Source: Strigamia acuminata
Lineage: Eukaryota
Length of the DNA stretch: 64,000 bases
NCBI GenBank assembly: GCA_949358305.1
Contig: OX442314.1
Location: 4,030,001 to 4,094,000, forward strand
Direction of reading: 5' to 3'
How positions within the stretch are numbered: position 1 is the first letter of the stretch; each line of letters opens with the position of its first letter. Below the pieces are notes generated by a model. The model was not told the origin of the DNA. It saw nothing but the letters and a program-made list of their open reading frames with translations, and ran no database searches. The position numbers and the translations under genes are program-made. Of this stretch, positions 36,649 through 49,414 are shown piece after piece.

Positions 36649-37970
36649 AGGTTTGTTGTTGTTGTTGTGTTCGGGTGGTTTACCGTCAGTGGGGGGAAGG
36701 TCCCAGGGCGCGTTCAATTCCTTCATGATGGGCGTGAGGTGGAAACGGTGTTTATCCATCAGTCGGGTCAAATCAGTTTTGTGCGCCAGTCGGAATTTGT
36801 TTTGCACGTAAATCTGGACGTGTGATTTGTAAGATGCACTCACGGGTCTGTCGTTGTTTTGGAAATAGTTTTCCGGGTCTGGAAACATCTCCAGAAACTC
36901 CTCGACGCTGAAGTCGCTGAAATTCATTAAAAAATCATGGAAAAAAATTAGGAATAATTATTGAAAAATCAGAAAACATTGTAAAAAAAATATAATGAAA
37001 AATCTTAAACAATCATAAAGAATCATGAAAAATCTTGAAAATCATTAAAAATCTTGAAAATCATGAAAAATCTTGAAAATCATGAAAAATCTTGAAAATC
37101 ATGAAAAAAATCTTGAAAATCATGAAAAATCTTGAAAATCAAGAATAATCATAAAAATCATGATAATCAATCATGGAAAATCATAAAAAAATCTTAAAAA
37201 ATCATGGAAAAAACAATGAAAAATCTTCTTTTTTTTTTTTAAAAAAATCTTTTAAAAAAAATAATTAAAAACCTTAAAAAATCATTAAAAAGCATCAAAA
37301 TACTTGTAAAAACCCTAAAATCTATTTAAAACAAAAAAATAAAAAATAAAAACCTTTCCATAAATTTCCGTTTGGTTTCCGCCTTTTGAGCTTCGGCCAA
37401 CTTGGGATAACTCCCACTCTCCAACCACCCGGAAACCGACGCATTCACGAAATTCACATCGCCCGTATTTGTCTCAATAAAACTCCGCAAATATTCTGGA
37501 TCGGCATCCGGAAACACTTCCAAAATCGACTTCACCGTATCCATCGTAATCGTCTTCACCATGTCCATCGAAATCGACACATCGTTCTCCACTTCGCCCG
37601 AAGTCGACGCGATCGGTCCCGACCCATTAATCCCATTAATCACATCGGTCCGGACGTCGTTCGCCACCGGAAACGGCGCCGGCCCGTCCATTCCAAGCAA
37701 CTCGCCGATCACGACGCGCACTCGGTCCGGATTTTCATGAAACGCCTCCAAATACGCGAGGATCTCCTCCCGGCTCGTATTCGGAACGTATTTCTCCACC
37801 ACGTCCACATCCTTCACCAATTCGTCGTATTTGTCCACTTTCTGCTCACACAGGATCTTCAACGGCGCTTCTTCGGCTTTCTGTGGCTGTTTCGCGCTCA
37901 AACGATCGATCACGACGCTTGTGTTGGCATTTTCATTCTCACTGTCAATTTCAATCAACTCGTACACTTC

Positions 37971-38327
37971 TGTGCCGGTATTTTTCATTGTCGGAAGTGG
38001 TTTAAGACGAGACTGATTGTTTAATATCTACATATATTATTGTACAAATTTTGTAATTAAGCCTAACATGAATTTTTAGCAAATCGAAATATGGACTTAC
38101 GGGAATTCTCACTTCTTCTATTCGCTTCGGAAATTGGACTCGATCATAACAACACGCGTGTTCAAAATGGGACTAATTGGATGACTTGTCCGAACTAGTT
38201 CTCCCTCGAGTTTTCCTGGTTCTCTTGGGACAACGCCATTGACCGGCAGTGGCCACTGTCAGAAGCTCTCGAAAGTTCTTCGGGGTTTTGGCATTATTGG
38301 GTTGTTGTAGCATTTATTACTGCCACA
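37971..38327 (-). mobile_element. Solo LTR at the 5' end of ligase copy 1
   Basis: TGTG...CCACA ends; flanks CTTC/GTTC; absent from copy 5. Confidence 0.75.
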
Positions 38328-39064
38328 GTTCGTTCAGATCCACCACGTCACCCGGATGCGGCTCTCGAGGCGTCTCGGTGATCGGATTCACTTCCTACAC
38401 ACAAATTAAAAGCATTTTAATGACGAATTTAATGTTTTTGGGGCTTAGATTTAGAAAATAAAAGCGCTGGCTTTTGGGATGAGGTTTAAATTGCGCGCGC
38501 TACGAAAGCACCGTTGCATGTTTTATAAAGACGAAATGAAATGCCACCACCATTTTATTTTAATATTTGAGTTTGTTACCAATTTAAACATAAATTTTTT
38601 AAACAAAAAGCTTGTTTTTTCAATCTGAAGACTCATAAAAAAATCATCAAAAAGAATCATCCTCTTGTTCATGTTGTTCATCACCTGGTGGCGATAATTA
38701 AAATGAATACTATTTACACCGGATCCACGGTAAAAAAAAGCCAACATAAAAATCGAATTGATAACAAATATTTGTAAAACAAAACTAAAATAAAAAATAA
38801 GTAAGTTGATTTAAAAAAAATAAAAAATGTCTGTTTTATGTACACATATACAATGATCTAATCACAAAGAATAATGAAAAGTACGAATTTTCTGTTTTTG
38901 CTTTCTTGCCAATCTTCCTCGCGCTGCCGAAAATTACCAGTTGCCTCCGTTATTCATATTGTTACCTGACAAACGAAATTAAATTAAATTAAATTTAATT
39001 AAATTAAATATATAAAATACTTTTACTTTGCGTGACGATCACCTGTTCCCGTGCCTCGGCCGGG

Positions 39065-41764
39065 TCACACGACGTTGGCGATGGCGTTGGCATTGACCAT
39101 CACTGGGAGTTGCTCGTTGACTCGTTGGAACACGATCAGTCCTTGCTCGTTCGGCCTGGGCACGGCGCCCTGCGCGTTCGGCCTGGGCACGGCGATAACG
39201 TTGACCGTCACTGGGGGCTGCTCATTGCCTTGTTGGAACACGATCAGGCCTTGCTCGTTCAGCCTGGGCATGGCGGCCCGCGCGTACTCCTGCTGCCTCC
39301 TCTGCACGGCCGCGAACGGAGTCTTACTCGGGTCGTTCTTCAGTTCCATCGCCTGCACTTCCGGGTGCGTCGCTACGTACTCTTGCTTCGCCTTCTTAGC
39401 GCCCTCCTGCACCTCCAGTCGATGCAGTTCATCGTCGTTCGACATTTGAGGACACCTGCGTTCAAATGCGATTAGTATGTACATTTAAAAATGCATTTTT
39501 TTTTGGCCTAAAATGAATCTTTTTTGGCCTAAAATGAATCTTTTTTGGCCTAAGATGAATTTTTTTTGGCCTAAAATGAATTTCTTGGCCTAAAAAGAAT
39601 TTTTTTGACCGAAAATTAAATTTTTTGGCTTAAAATGAATTTTTTTGACCTAAAATGAATTTTTAATCAACTCGCCTTCCATTCTGGAAATGCTTGTAGT
39701 CGGCGACGGGCTCGCGACACACGTAACAGAACGTCTGACCGCACGTGCACGTCATCATGTTGCACCCTTCCTCCTTGATGATGCGCCTCTTGCACCGCGG
39801 ACACGTGCGCAGCAGCGCCTCCGTCATCCGGTCCTCGATGTGCGTGCGAAACTGCATCTCGGCCTTCTTCTCGTCGCAGCTCAGCGGAATGTGGTTGGCT
39901 TCCTTGCAAAGCCTGCACGTGACTTTGAAACACTCGGGGTTGAGGCAGCTGAAGATCTTGACGTTCGCGTCCGGCATGATGCCGCAGAACGAGCAGTGCG
40001 GGCACGACTCGAGATCCGCGATGCCTGCGCGCCGGATCTCTTCCTCCTGCATCTTGCGCATCAGATTGGACAACACGTTGGGCGCTAAAACCTTCCGGAG
40101 CGTCGTCAGCGGGAACTCGGTCTCGCAGTACGCATCCAGGCACGGGAATTGGTATTTATCCTGGCCGATGCGCACCTCGGCCAGGTGCCGGATGCACGTT
40201 CTGCAGAACAAGTGGCCGTCCGAGCACTGCAGCATGTCCTCTAAGCGCAGTTCGTCCTCGAAACAGCAATCGCACGTCATCAGCTCGTCATTTTGCTTCG
40301 CCGTTGCGATTTTCCTCGTGTGTTCCGTTTCCTTGTCTGTTTTAAATTCTAAAAAATAAATATTGAAAAGAAAAATGAATTTTAGACGTGACGTGACGTG
40401 ACGGTTAATTACGTTTGATTCTGTCTTTCATTTCGATGTAGAGTTTTTCTTTGTAGAAGAGTACGTCGATTTCTTGCGGCATGCGTTCGAGGTCGCTCAT
40501 CGTCTTTTTTTTGCGCACGGTTTTCTTCCTTTTTTTGGTTGGTTTACCGTCGGTGGGGGAAAGGTTCTAGGGCGCGTTCAACTGGTTCATGATGGGCGTG
40601 AGGTGGAAATTGTGTTTGTTCATCAGTCGGGTCAAGTCGGCTTTGTGCGCATGTCGGAATTGATTTTGCACGTAAATCTGGACGTGTGATTTGTAAGATG
40701 CACTCACGGGTCTGTCGTTGTTTTGGAAATAGTTTTCCGGGTCTGGAAACATCTCCAGAAACTCCTCGACGCTGAAGTCGCTGCAATTTATTGGAAAATC
40801 ATGGAAAAAATCAGGAAAAATCAGGAAAAAAATGAAAAAATTCAGGAAAAAAATTATCTTGAAATTATGAAAAATCTTGGAAATCAAGAAAAATCTTGAA
40901 CATCATGAAAAATTTTGGAAATCATGAAAAATCTTGAAAATCATGAAAAATCATGAAAAATCTTGAAAATCATGAAAAATCATGAAAAATCTTGAAAATC
41001 ATGAAAAATTTTGAAAAATTTTGAAAAATCATGGAAAATCGTAAAAAATATATATTTATTTTTTAAAAAAACAATGAAAACCATTGAAAAGCTTTAAAAT
41101 ACTTGCAAAATCGTGACAAAACCCTGAAATCTATATATGGTAAAACAAAAAATAAAAACCTTTCCATAAATTTCCGTTTGGTCGCCGCCTTTTGAGCTTC
41201 GGCCAACTTAGGATAACTCCCACTCTCCAACCACCCGGAAACCGTCGCATTCACGAAATTAACATCGCCCGTGTTCGTCTCGATAAAACTCCGCAAATAT
41301 TCCGGATCCGCGTCCGGAAACACTTCCAAAATCGACTTCACCGAATCCACCGTAACCGACACACCGTTATTCACTTCAACCGAAGTCGACGCGATCGGTC
41401 CCGACCCATCAACCCCAACGATGCGGACGTCATTCGCCACCGGAAACGACGCCGTCCCGTCCATTCCACGCAACTCGCCGATCACGACGCGCACTCGGTC
41501 CGGATTCTCGTGCAACGCCTCCAAATACGCGAGGATCTCCTCCCGGCTCGTATTCGGAACGAATTTCTTCACCACGTCCACATCCTTCACCAATTCGTCG
41601 TATTTGTCCACTTTCTTCTCCCCCGGGATCTTCAACGGCGCTTCTTCGGCTTTCTTTAGCTGTTTGGCGTTCAAACGATCGATCACGATGCTCCTTCTCT
41701 TGGCATTTTCATTCTCAACGTCAATTTCAACCAACTCGCACACTTCTGTGGCGGGATTTGTCAT
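39065..41764 (-). pseudogene. RNF216-like RBR ligase copy 2 with a premature TAG at 40567-40569
   Basis: Same exon set; TGG (W) of the other copies is TAG; the RBR block 39676-40280 is intact. Confidence 0.8.
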
Positions 41765-42077
41765 TCTCGGAAGTGTATTAAAACCGAAACTGATTGTTTT
41801 TTTTATCTACAAATATTATTGTAAAAATTTTGAAATTAAACCTAACATTAGTGTGTTTGCCAATTTAACTTTTGGCAAATCGGAATATGGACTTACGGGA
41901 ATTAACACTTCTTCTATTCGCTTCGGAAAATGGACTCGATCGTAACAACACGCGAGGTCAAAATGGGACTAATTGGATGACTTGTCCGCACTAGTTCTCC
42001 TAGGATAGCGCCAATGACCCGGAGTGGCCACTGTCAGAAGCTTTCGAACTTTCTTCGGCGTCGTTTTGGCATTATTG
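41747..42077 (-). mobile_element. Truncated solo LTR at the 5' end of copy 2
   Basis: Homologous to 56635-56999; broken by a rearranged ligase exon fragment (42078-42178). Confidence 0.7.
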
Positions 42078-43574
42078 AGATCGTCAACGGCGCTTCTTCG
42101 GCTTTCTGTGGCTGTTTGGCGATCAAACGATCGATCACGATGCCCCTTGTGCTGGCATTTTTATTCTCACTGTCAATTTGGAATTTTGACAAAAGGCTTT
42201 TTAGTTTTTACTTACAAGTTAGCAAAATTCAAAATTGCCTGACAGTGATTCGATGCAGCGTCGCTCTGGTGGTAACAAATGTTATTAACTGTACGAGTGA
42301 TATCACGTTGATTACAACCAATAGCGATGTGTTTACCGTCGGCACAGCAACAGTCACGTGCTTGTGTTATTCATTCCATTTCGAGCTTCGTCGTTTGTTT
42401 TCGTCCGTTGTTTTCTCTCGGATTCCATTTTCGGTTGTTATTTTTCACAATTTCCATTACTACTGAACTGGATTAAGGTTGGTTTGGATCGGATGGTTCG
42501 ATTTTCGTGCTAGAATTGAATGAATTGAAAAAATGCAGCATTGAGCTTTGTTCAGTCTGTACACTTGTGGATAGGCTTATCACTTTGGATTCTATTTTAG
42601 GCCTAGTGTTAATTTGAATTGAAGTGAACAACATCATTATAAATAATTTTCAGTTCTAATCCATCTGCCCACCTCGCACAATTTGCTCACACTCTTTTCT
42701 TTTTCCTCTTTCTTTTACATTCTGTGGATTTGTGTTTAGAGGTTAGTCCTAACAAAATGTCTATCCAAATGGGTTTAAGCTTTTATTCTGTAGTTTTCCA
42801 TCCTGTTTGGCTTCTGTGAGGAAATTTCTTTTTCTTCCAAGTTGTACTTTACATCAGGCACATTTCATGACCAAAATGCTGAAGAATGTCAAGTGCGTTT
42901 ACTTGCATTGCCTGCTTCTTTGCCCTTTCTCTTCCTTTTGCTTTTTGCCCTTCACTCATTACTGAAACACTTTTCCTGTACATGAGAATGACCCATGTGA
43001 ATTTGGCATGACACCTTTCTCTTATTTTGGTTGATTGTACTGTTCCAGCTTGAATAATGTTATTGGTGCAACATACAGCTGAGGTGGAAATCTCAAGGTG
43101 GTGTTATCAGAAACAAATCTGTATTTATTAGACAAGGCTCTTCTATTTCCTTTGTAATGCTTTATACAAAAAGTTTACATTTCTGAATCTTAGAGAATAT
43201 TTCTTTGTTTCATTTTCTTTCTTGATAATTTGCTGTGCTCTTTTTCAACTTCTTTATTTCTCAGTCCTTACTCCAGACTCTTTTCTCTGATATGCTTTCA
43301 CTGCATGTTCATGGGTGACTTCTTTGAAGCCTTCCCTGATGGGTCGAAGCTTCTCTGGTGGAATTCCTTTCACTTCCATTTTAGAATGTAAAACATTCTT
43401 TTTAAAAAAAATTCTGGTTCAAAATATGCTCGCAAATAATTGCGAGTGTTAAAATATGCTCTTGCGAGTGTTGCAGAGTGTTGCAACTGTGTTGACCGCA
43501 GTCGACTAAAACCAAAAACTTTTCTCTACTAAGCTCGGCGAAATCCAAATGTAGTCGACTCTATGGACGCATTG

Positions 43575-43700
43575 GTACCAGCCACGAAAATGGTTCTTCT
43601 TTAGTAGGTAAAGCTCTAACTCGCTTGCAACTTGTACAGCTCCGAACATAGGCTTCGATATCGCTATCAATTTTCGGCCACCAATGAGCTATTCTGACAA
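43575..43700 (-). pseudogene. Ty3/gypsy integrase zinc-domain remnant
   Basis: The minus strand reads WWPKIDSDIEAYVRSCTSCKRVRALPTKEEPFSW. Confidence 0.65.
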
Positions 43701-45394
43701 TGGTCGGCTGTCCTAAGTTGGCAAACTACTGGTGAACTAGATACCAGGAAGCAAATGTTAGCTGACATGCTAACAACGCCATTGAGCAGTTCAAGTTTGA
43801 ACAAAAGCATCGAGGGCTTAGACATGCATTAAAATGAAGAGGCAAACATTTAGTTTATAATTACAATTTATTAAATTATTGACGCAGATTACTAAGCCCA
43901 AAACGACTACTATAAAAAATTATAGTATTTAGTATATATATATTGATGAAATTGTCCTTTATGATCACCAATTTACAGACCCATGAGGCCGACTGATGTG
44001 AAACATGATACACATCGCTACAGGAAATATTATCACGAAGGTTAAATTTCAGTCGAATCTCTTCCGTATTTTTGTTGATTAGATTTGTACGAACTGATGG
44101 CCATTTGATTATCAAAAACAACATCTACAAAAACTAATTCTACTAAAATACTTAACTAATTCAATCTTTAAGCTGTGGGAGAAATTCAATAAAAACAAAT
44201 CGAATTTCTCAAAACAAATACAATAATTTATTCGGAGACTTTGAATAAACTTACTTAATAAACTACAAAGATATATTAAATATTAAAGGACTAAAATTAT
44301 ACACGAAATACTAAATATTAAAATAATAAGAAAAGACGGTAAAATAATGACAAATGGCGGCGAGAAACGACTTTGTCTCGTCGCTAGCAAACGGCGCGCG
44401 ATGGCGACGGATCCGAGTCGCGATATACCACAATCTTCCAAATAACTTCTATAAACCTCTTCATCAGCTTAACAAAAGATTTTATTCTTATTCTTCATCT
44501 AATTAAATATAGTTGCAATAACTTTGTCGTTACGTTTGTCGGACGGCCGTACACACGGATGACACAGATGACTAAGCCTACAACGACTGCAACTAAAATG
44601 ATTATTAATGCGCAAGTAAGTGGATGATCGTCAGATGTGTTCTATATATTTATCCTGCAGTTAGGGATGTGAAAGTTAATTGTTGAAAGAAATTATAGTA
44701 ATTATAGCTTTTTGAAGCGTTTACAACTGTTGCGAAATGAAATAAATCAGACAGTAGTACTTTCTGGTCTACATTTATATTGTCCACTAAAGGCATCTTT
44801 GTGCTAAAGGAGAAAAGAAAAAAACTACAGGTGACCCTCAATCTAATAACAAAGATATATATAAGTACCGTAATTAAGTAATTGGTAAAAGAATATATCC
44901 CACTCATGCTTGGTTTCCTTGGCCTTTTTCAATTCTACAAGTGTAATTAAATGTTATTACATACTTTTGATGTTGGTTTGATTTTCAACGTAGTATATTT
45001 CTCGACATAGAACAATTCGTCAATTTTGCTGTATGATAGAAATAAATAAATATAACATGTATGATTTAAATAACGCTTGACATGAATAATATAAAATTAT
45101 AACGAAAATGATTTTTCGGTGACCGTGAGATCACCACATACTTTTCAAGGCTTGTCTAGATTTCCTTTGGATTTCACACTTGAAATTGGGCTTTGTTTCC
45201 AAATATTTTTTTAGATCTCTCTGGTGATACTAGTATGATTCAGAATATTGTCAAAAGTTTTTGCAACTTTCATTATTTTGTCAACGGCAACTGAAAAAAA
45301 AAAGATAGCACTATTACACCAAAAACTGGGTTGGAGTTGTTTGCTGCCTTGGATAATTACTAGATAAAATTATCTACATGCTGGTTAGCGCCAG

Positions 45395-46290
45395 TTACCA
45401 CAAATTTGGTCTCTGCGTTCGACGAAAAATCTTTCGGCATAGAAGGATTCATCTTTGTCTTTCGGCATGGCTTGGGGTCGATTTTTCTCTTTCATTGGCT
45501 GTACGACCACTTTCATTTTCTTGGATGGTGGTCCTGCATTAATCGAATTAATCGATTAAATTTATCGTATATTATTTGCGTTGTAGTGATCCTAATTCTT
45601 AATAGATAATTAGTCGCTAAACATACTAAAAACCCAGAAGTCACTGGTTGCCGCACCGGGACTTATCAATATTCTAACTAAACTAATTCTTACAAACAAT
45701 TGATTTACTCAATGCGAAATTGGGCAAATCAAAGATAATAAACAGATTAAGCTTTCTTAAAAACAAACACTCAATTTATTCTGTATTAGCGAATAAATTA
45801 CTCATAAAAAACACTTTACATTAAATAATAAAATTGACGTTAAAATTATACATAATGACTAGAAATTAGAAGAATGTTAATAGAAAATGAAATACGAAAA
45901 TAAACGAAATCTTCGCTCGCTCGCGACGTTAAATGGTGTCCGTCGCTCGCTCCAAACAAAATGGCGGCGTCGTATTCACTGGACACGACGAACGGGCCTC
46001 GTCCGTAATTCGGATCGTTTTGCCGTCTTTCCAGAAAAGTCCATAGATAATAGATATCCCGGGTCAGCGTCTGGGAGCAGCTTTAGAATCGAGTTCACTT
46101 TTTCCAGCACATTATTTGCTGCAGGAAACAGCGCTGCCTTGTCCATTTCCAGCAGCTCGTCGATTACGAGACGCACACGGTTGGTTATCATGGAACGCTT
46201 CCAGATACGCAAGGATTTCCTCCCGGCTCATGTTCCAAACAAACTTGACCAATACCTCCACGTCTTTCAGCAACTCGTTGTATTTATCCG
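45395..46290 (-). pseudogene. Old degraded RNF216-like paralogue fragments
   Basis: NRVRLVIDELLEMD...SILKLLPDADPGYL (45976-46290) and GPPSKKMK...MPKDKDESFYAERF (45395-45540) match the ligase N-terminal exons. Confidence 0.65.
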
Positions 46291-46769
46291 CTTTCTTTTT
46301 TTTCTCTCAGAAAAAAATCAGCAAAGTGAAATTTTTTATTCTTGTGATAAAATAATTATTGAGGCATTAAAAAAGGCAATGGTTTTTTTGTTTACTTGCA
46401 TAATAATGCACATTTGAATACGTTTATTTAAGTAATTCAGTATTTTTCTAATAGAAATTTAAGTTTTGTCACAATGGCTGGCTTTATTTCAGCTGATTTG
46501 TCTCCTTTTTAAAAAGAAAACATTTAACTTAAGATGACTAAGATAAGTTGGATAGTACTAATTTGATGGTGCTCTACAACTTTGTAATTGACTTTTTTGC
46601 TCTAACCTGATTGGTTTAGAAGTTAGCAAGTGAATGACCTTGAAATTGGCCTTCAAGGTCAAATTTGATGACATCATTGGATTGCTCTCGCCCAACTTCC
46701 TATACCGATCGCTTCATCAAAGTTGGCCTAGATGCAATTGCTCAGGAAATATTTGAGAGGATCAGACTT

Positions 46770-47359
46770 TCGGTAGCGAGCTAAAGCTACGGGACAATTT
46801 CATGTTTGTAACATGTCTATTACCGGAGTTAGTCATCCCGAAAGTGCCTTACAACAACAATAACCTATAATAGTAAATAATACATATTATTTGAGAGTTG
46901 AGGTTGCTCGATGTGTCGATAAAGAAAGAGAGATCAAACGATAATCAATACAATACAAACACAATATTCAAAGCAACCAAGGGGGTTTTCTGGTGGAAAC
47001 CAGAGCTTACTCTGTATATAGTTCTTGAGAACAGAAGGATTAGCGGTAGCCAATCGGATACCAGAATCCATGGATTCCCAGGACACTTTAGATATTAGGG
47101 AGTCTGGACCTAGCAGAGGACTTGGTCTAAAAAAGTTTGATTGGTTCTCTTCAACAGGTGAGTAAAATACGTATTATTGATTCACTAGAATCAATAAAGT
47201 AATAAATAACATTTTATTAAAATCAATAAATATTTTATATTTATTCGTTTAGTTGTAATAAATATTACAACTCTTGATTTCTGTATTTAAATCGCGCGCG
47301 TTAATTAGACAGCGCCATCTAGTGTGAACTTTCGTTTCCACGGTTCTCTAACCGTCACA
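46770..47359 (-). mobile_element. Truncated, diverged LTR of the element A family
   Basis: Colinear with 6450-7029; ends ...aaccgtcaca. Confidence 0.8.
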
Positions 47360-47857
47360 AGTCATATTCAGTGATGAGTCCAGAATTTGCCTTGAATGTG
47401 GAGATGACAATGGAGCATTTGTCTGGAGGCGCATTGATGAGAAGTTCAACAGTGATTGCCTCAAATCTTCTATTAAATTCTTCAATCTTTGATGGTTCGG
47501 AGCTGCATATCTTCAGAAGGCACTGGACATTTGTGTATGATAAATGAGACGGTCAATGCAGCTATATGCATAGATATTTTGGACTATTTTTACTGCCAAC
47601 AATCGAGGATCAATTTGGGGATGAAGAGGTAACTTATCAGGACAACAACGCTCCCTGACACAGTCAAGGATGTGAAACAATACCTTCAAGAAAAATAATG
47701 CAATTTAACACGTATGACTTATAGATGAGTCATTGATTAAATTGGAATGATTTTAAAAATTTTAAATGGACCTAAACAGCACTTTTATTGTTTGATTCCA
47801 AACTTTTTTTCTCAGATTTGTAGGACTCCAAACTAATTTCCGTGTTGATTTTGTAAT
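47360..47857 (+). pseudogene. Tc1-like DDE transposase remnant
   Basis: Reads VIFSDESRIC...VWRR..EKF...MVRSCISSEGTGHL...YQDNNAP*H with stops and frameshifts. Confidence 0.75.
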
Positions 47858-48039
47858 GATTTTTTGTTTCATCACTAGTTGAAGTTCTACTGGTTTTTTT
47901 AAGTGAAAATGTAGATAAAACAATGGCCTTTCAAGCTAATTTATTTGTTTTTCAACAAAGTTTACTCATTATTGTGCTACAGCACTTTATTTCTGCATTT
48001 TCAGTTTAAGGTGGTCATGATTCCAAACTTTTTGCCAGG

Positions 48040-48270
48040 GGTTGTTCTTCCAGTATTTTGGAATAAAGAGACCACCACTTCACTATCTGACAAAATGTGC
48101 ACACTGTTTGACTTAAATAAAGGCAAACATAATTCCCAAGCATAAGCAAGAGCCAAAACTTCCTTCTCATTTACATACGTGTAAATTGCTCTCCTCCTGT
48201 TTCCATTTTCCATTAAATTCATTATCTCCAAACTTACAAGTTAACATCGCAACAAACACAAATTTCCCAG
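48040..48270 (-). pseudogene. Second copy of the DIRS-type RNase H remnant
   Basis: Near-identical to 3180-3400; marks a segmental duplication. Confidence 0.7.
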
Positions 48271-48540
48271 GACTATCAGTCTTCTATCAGACTATCAGAC
48301 TTAACCAACTTCTTTAGTGCAACTTCAAATTTTCTTTCATTTTAACTAGGATTGAATACCAAAAACGCCGAATAACCGAATACCAAATATTTCAAATCGA
48401 ATACCATGGCCGAATATTCGATATTCGGCCGAATAACCGAATATTTAAAAAAAAAATTTGTTTATTGAAAAAAAGCCATTTTTTGCTTAAAAAATTTACT
48501 TTTTATGTAATAAATGCAGTTTTTACGTTCTAAAATAATA

Positions 48541-49143
48541 AGGGGTTTCATTAAATGAGTGATTAGTTGATTACTTTGATTATTGAAATAATCATAATCA
48601 CTCAATTATTGAAGGCCCAACAAAAAATCTGATTATGTGATTATTAGTATGTGTGATTATGTGAAGGTCACATGACTTTCTGTGTTGGTCACATGACTTT
48701 CTGTGCAAATGTGCATAGGCAACCTGAAAAGGTGATGCGAGCAACCGTAACATGTAGATTGTTCCGATGGGCGGAATTGTTTAAACTTAACGTAACCTAG
48801 ATACTAACCAATTGTTTGAAAAAAGTTGCTACAAGTTGCACTTCCTAACTTGTTTTTTGTGTTTATTTTAACCTAAACTGAGCAGACTTTGTTAAATTAT
48901 GACCTTGTGTAGCTGAAGCGGGTGTGGCGCCGCCATGTTGTTTTGAGTTGAGAGAGCACTCATAATCGCCCAAGTCAGCAGAAAATCATGGTTTGGGATG
49001 ATTACTTGATTACTTGATTAGTTGCTTATTTGATGAAATGATTATTCTCAGGATTGGTTGAATCCAATCACATGATACATCAAATAATCAACTAATCAAA
49101 GTAATCAAAGTAATCAAGTAATCACTCATTTAATGAAACCCCT
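48541..49143. mobile_element. MITE with ~25-29 bp terminal inverted repeats
   Basis: aggggtttcattaaatgagtgatta...taatcactcatttaatgaaacccct; absent from the paralogous site at ~3668. Confidence 0.85.
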
Positions 49144-49414
49144 TATTCTTTTTACCCAAAAATGTAATTTTTTAAGTGTAAAATGAAGTGTATTTTAAGT
49201 GTATAATTAAGTGTAAAATGAAGTGTATTTTAAGTGTATAATTAAGTGTAAAATGAAGTTGAAACACATGCTCAAGTTAAGTTCAATAAAAGCCTTTAAA
49301 AAGAAATAAAAATCGAATTGATAAAAACAATTAAACATTGAAAGTCGGCATTGCAACAATACACGAATTCTTTCTGTCAAATTTCAATCGGATTCACGCG
49401 CAATTTATTCACAT

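Larger units (their letters stand above)
4008..37988 (-). pseudogene. RNF216/TRIAD3-like RBR E3 ligase, copy 1, disrupted by element A in an exon and element B(+C) in an intron
   Basis: Exons 37988-37354, 36916-36684, 14347-14213, 14143-14126 joined to 5473-5056, 4992-4750 and 4521-~4008. They encode CUE-like repeats (VFPDADPEYL, MFPDPENYF), RING1 (CDCC...CSVGHSFC..C), IBR (CPHC...CLNPEC...CRLC) and RING2 (CPRC...EGCNKMTCTCGQHFCYVC). Confidence 0.85.

Noticed and set aside
42200..43560. Possible decayed DNA transposon or gene
   Set aside because: No ORF or motif I could identify with confidence.
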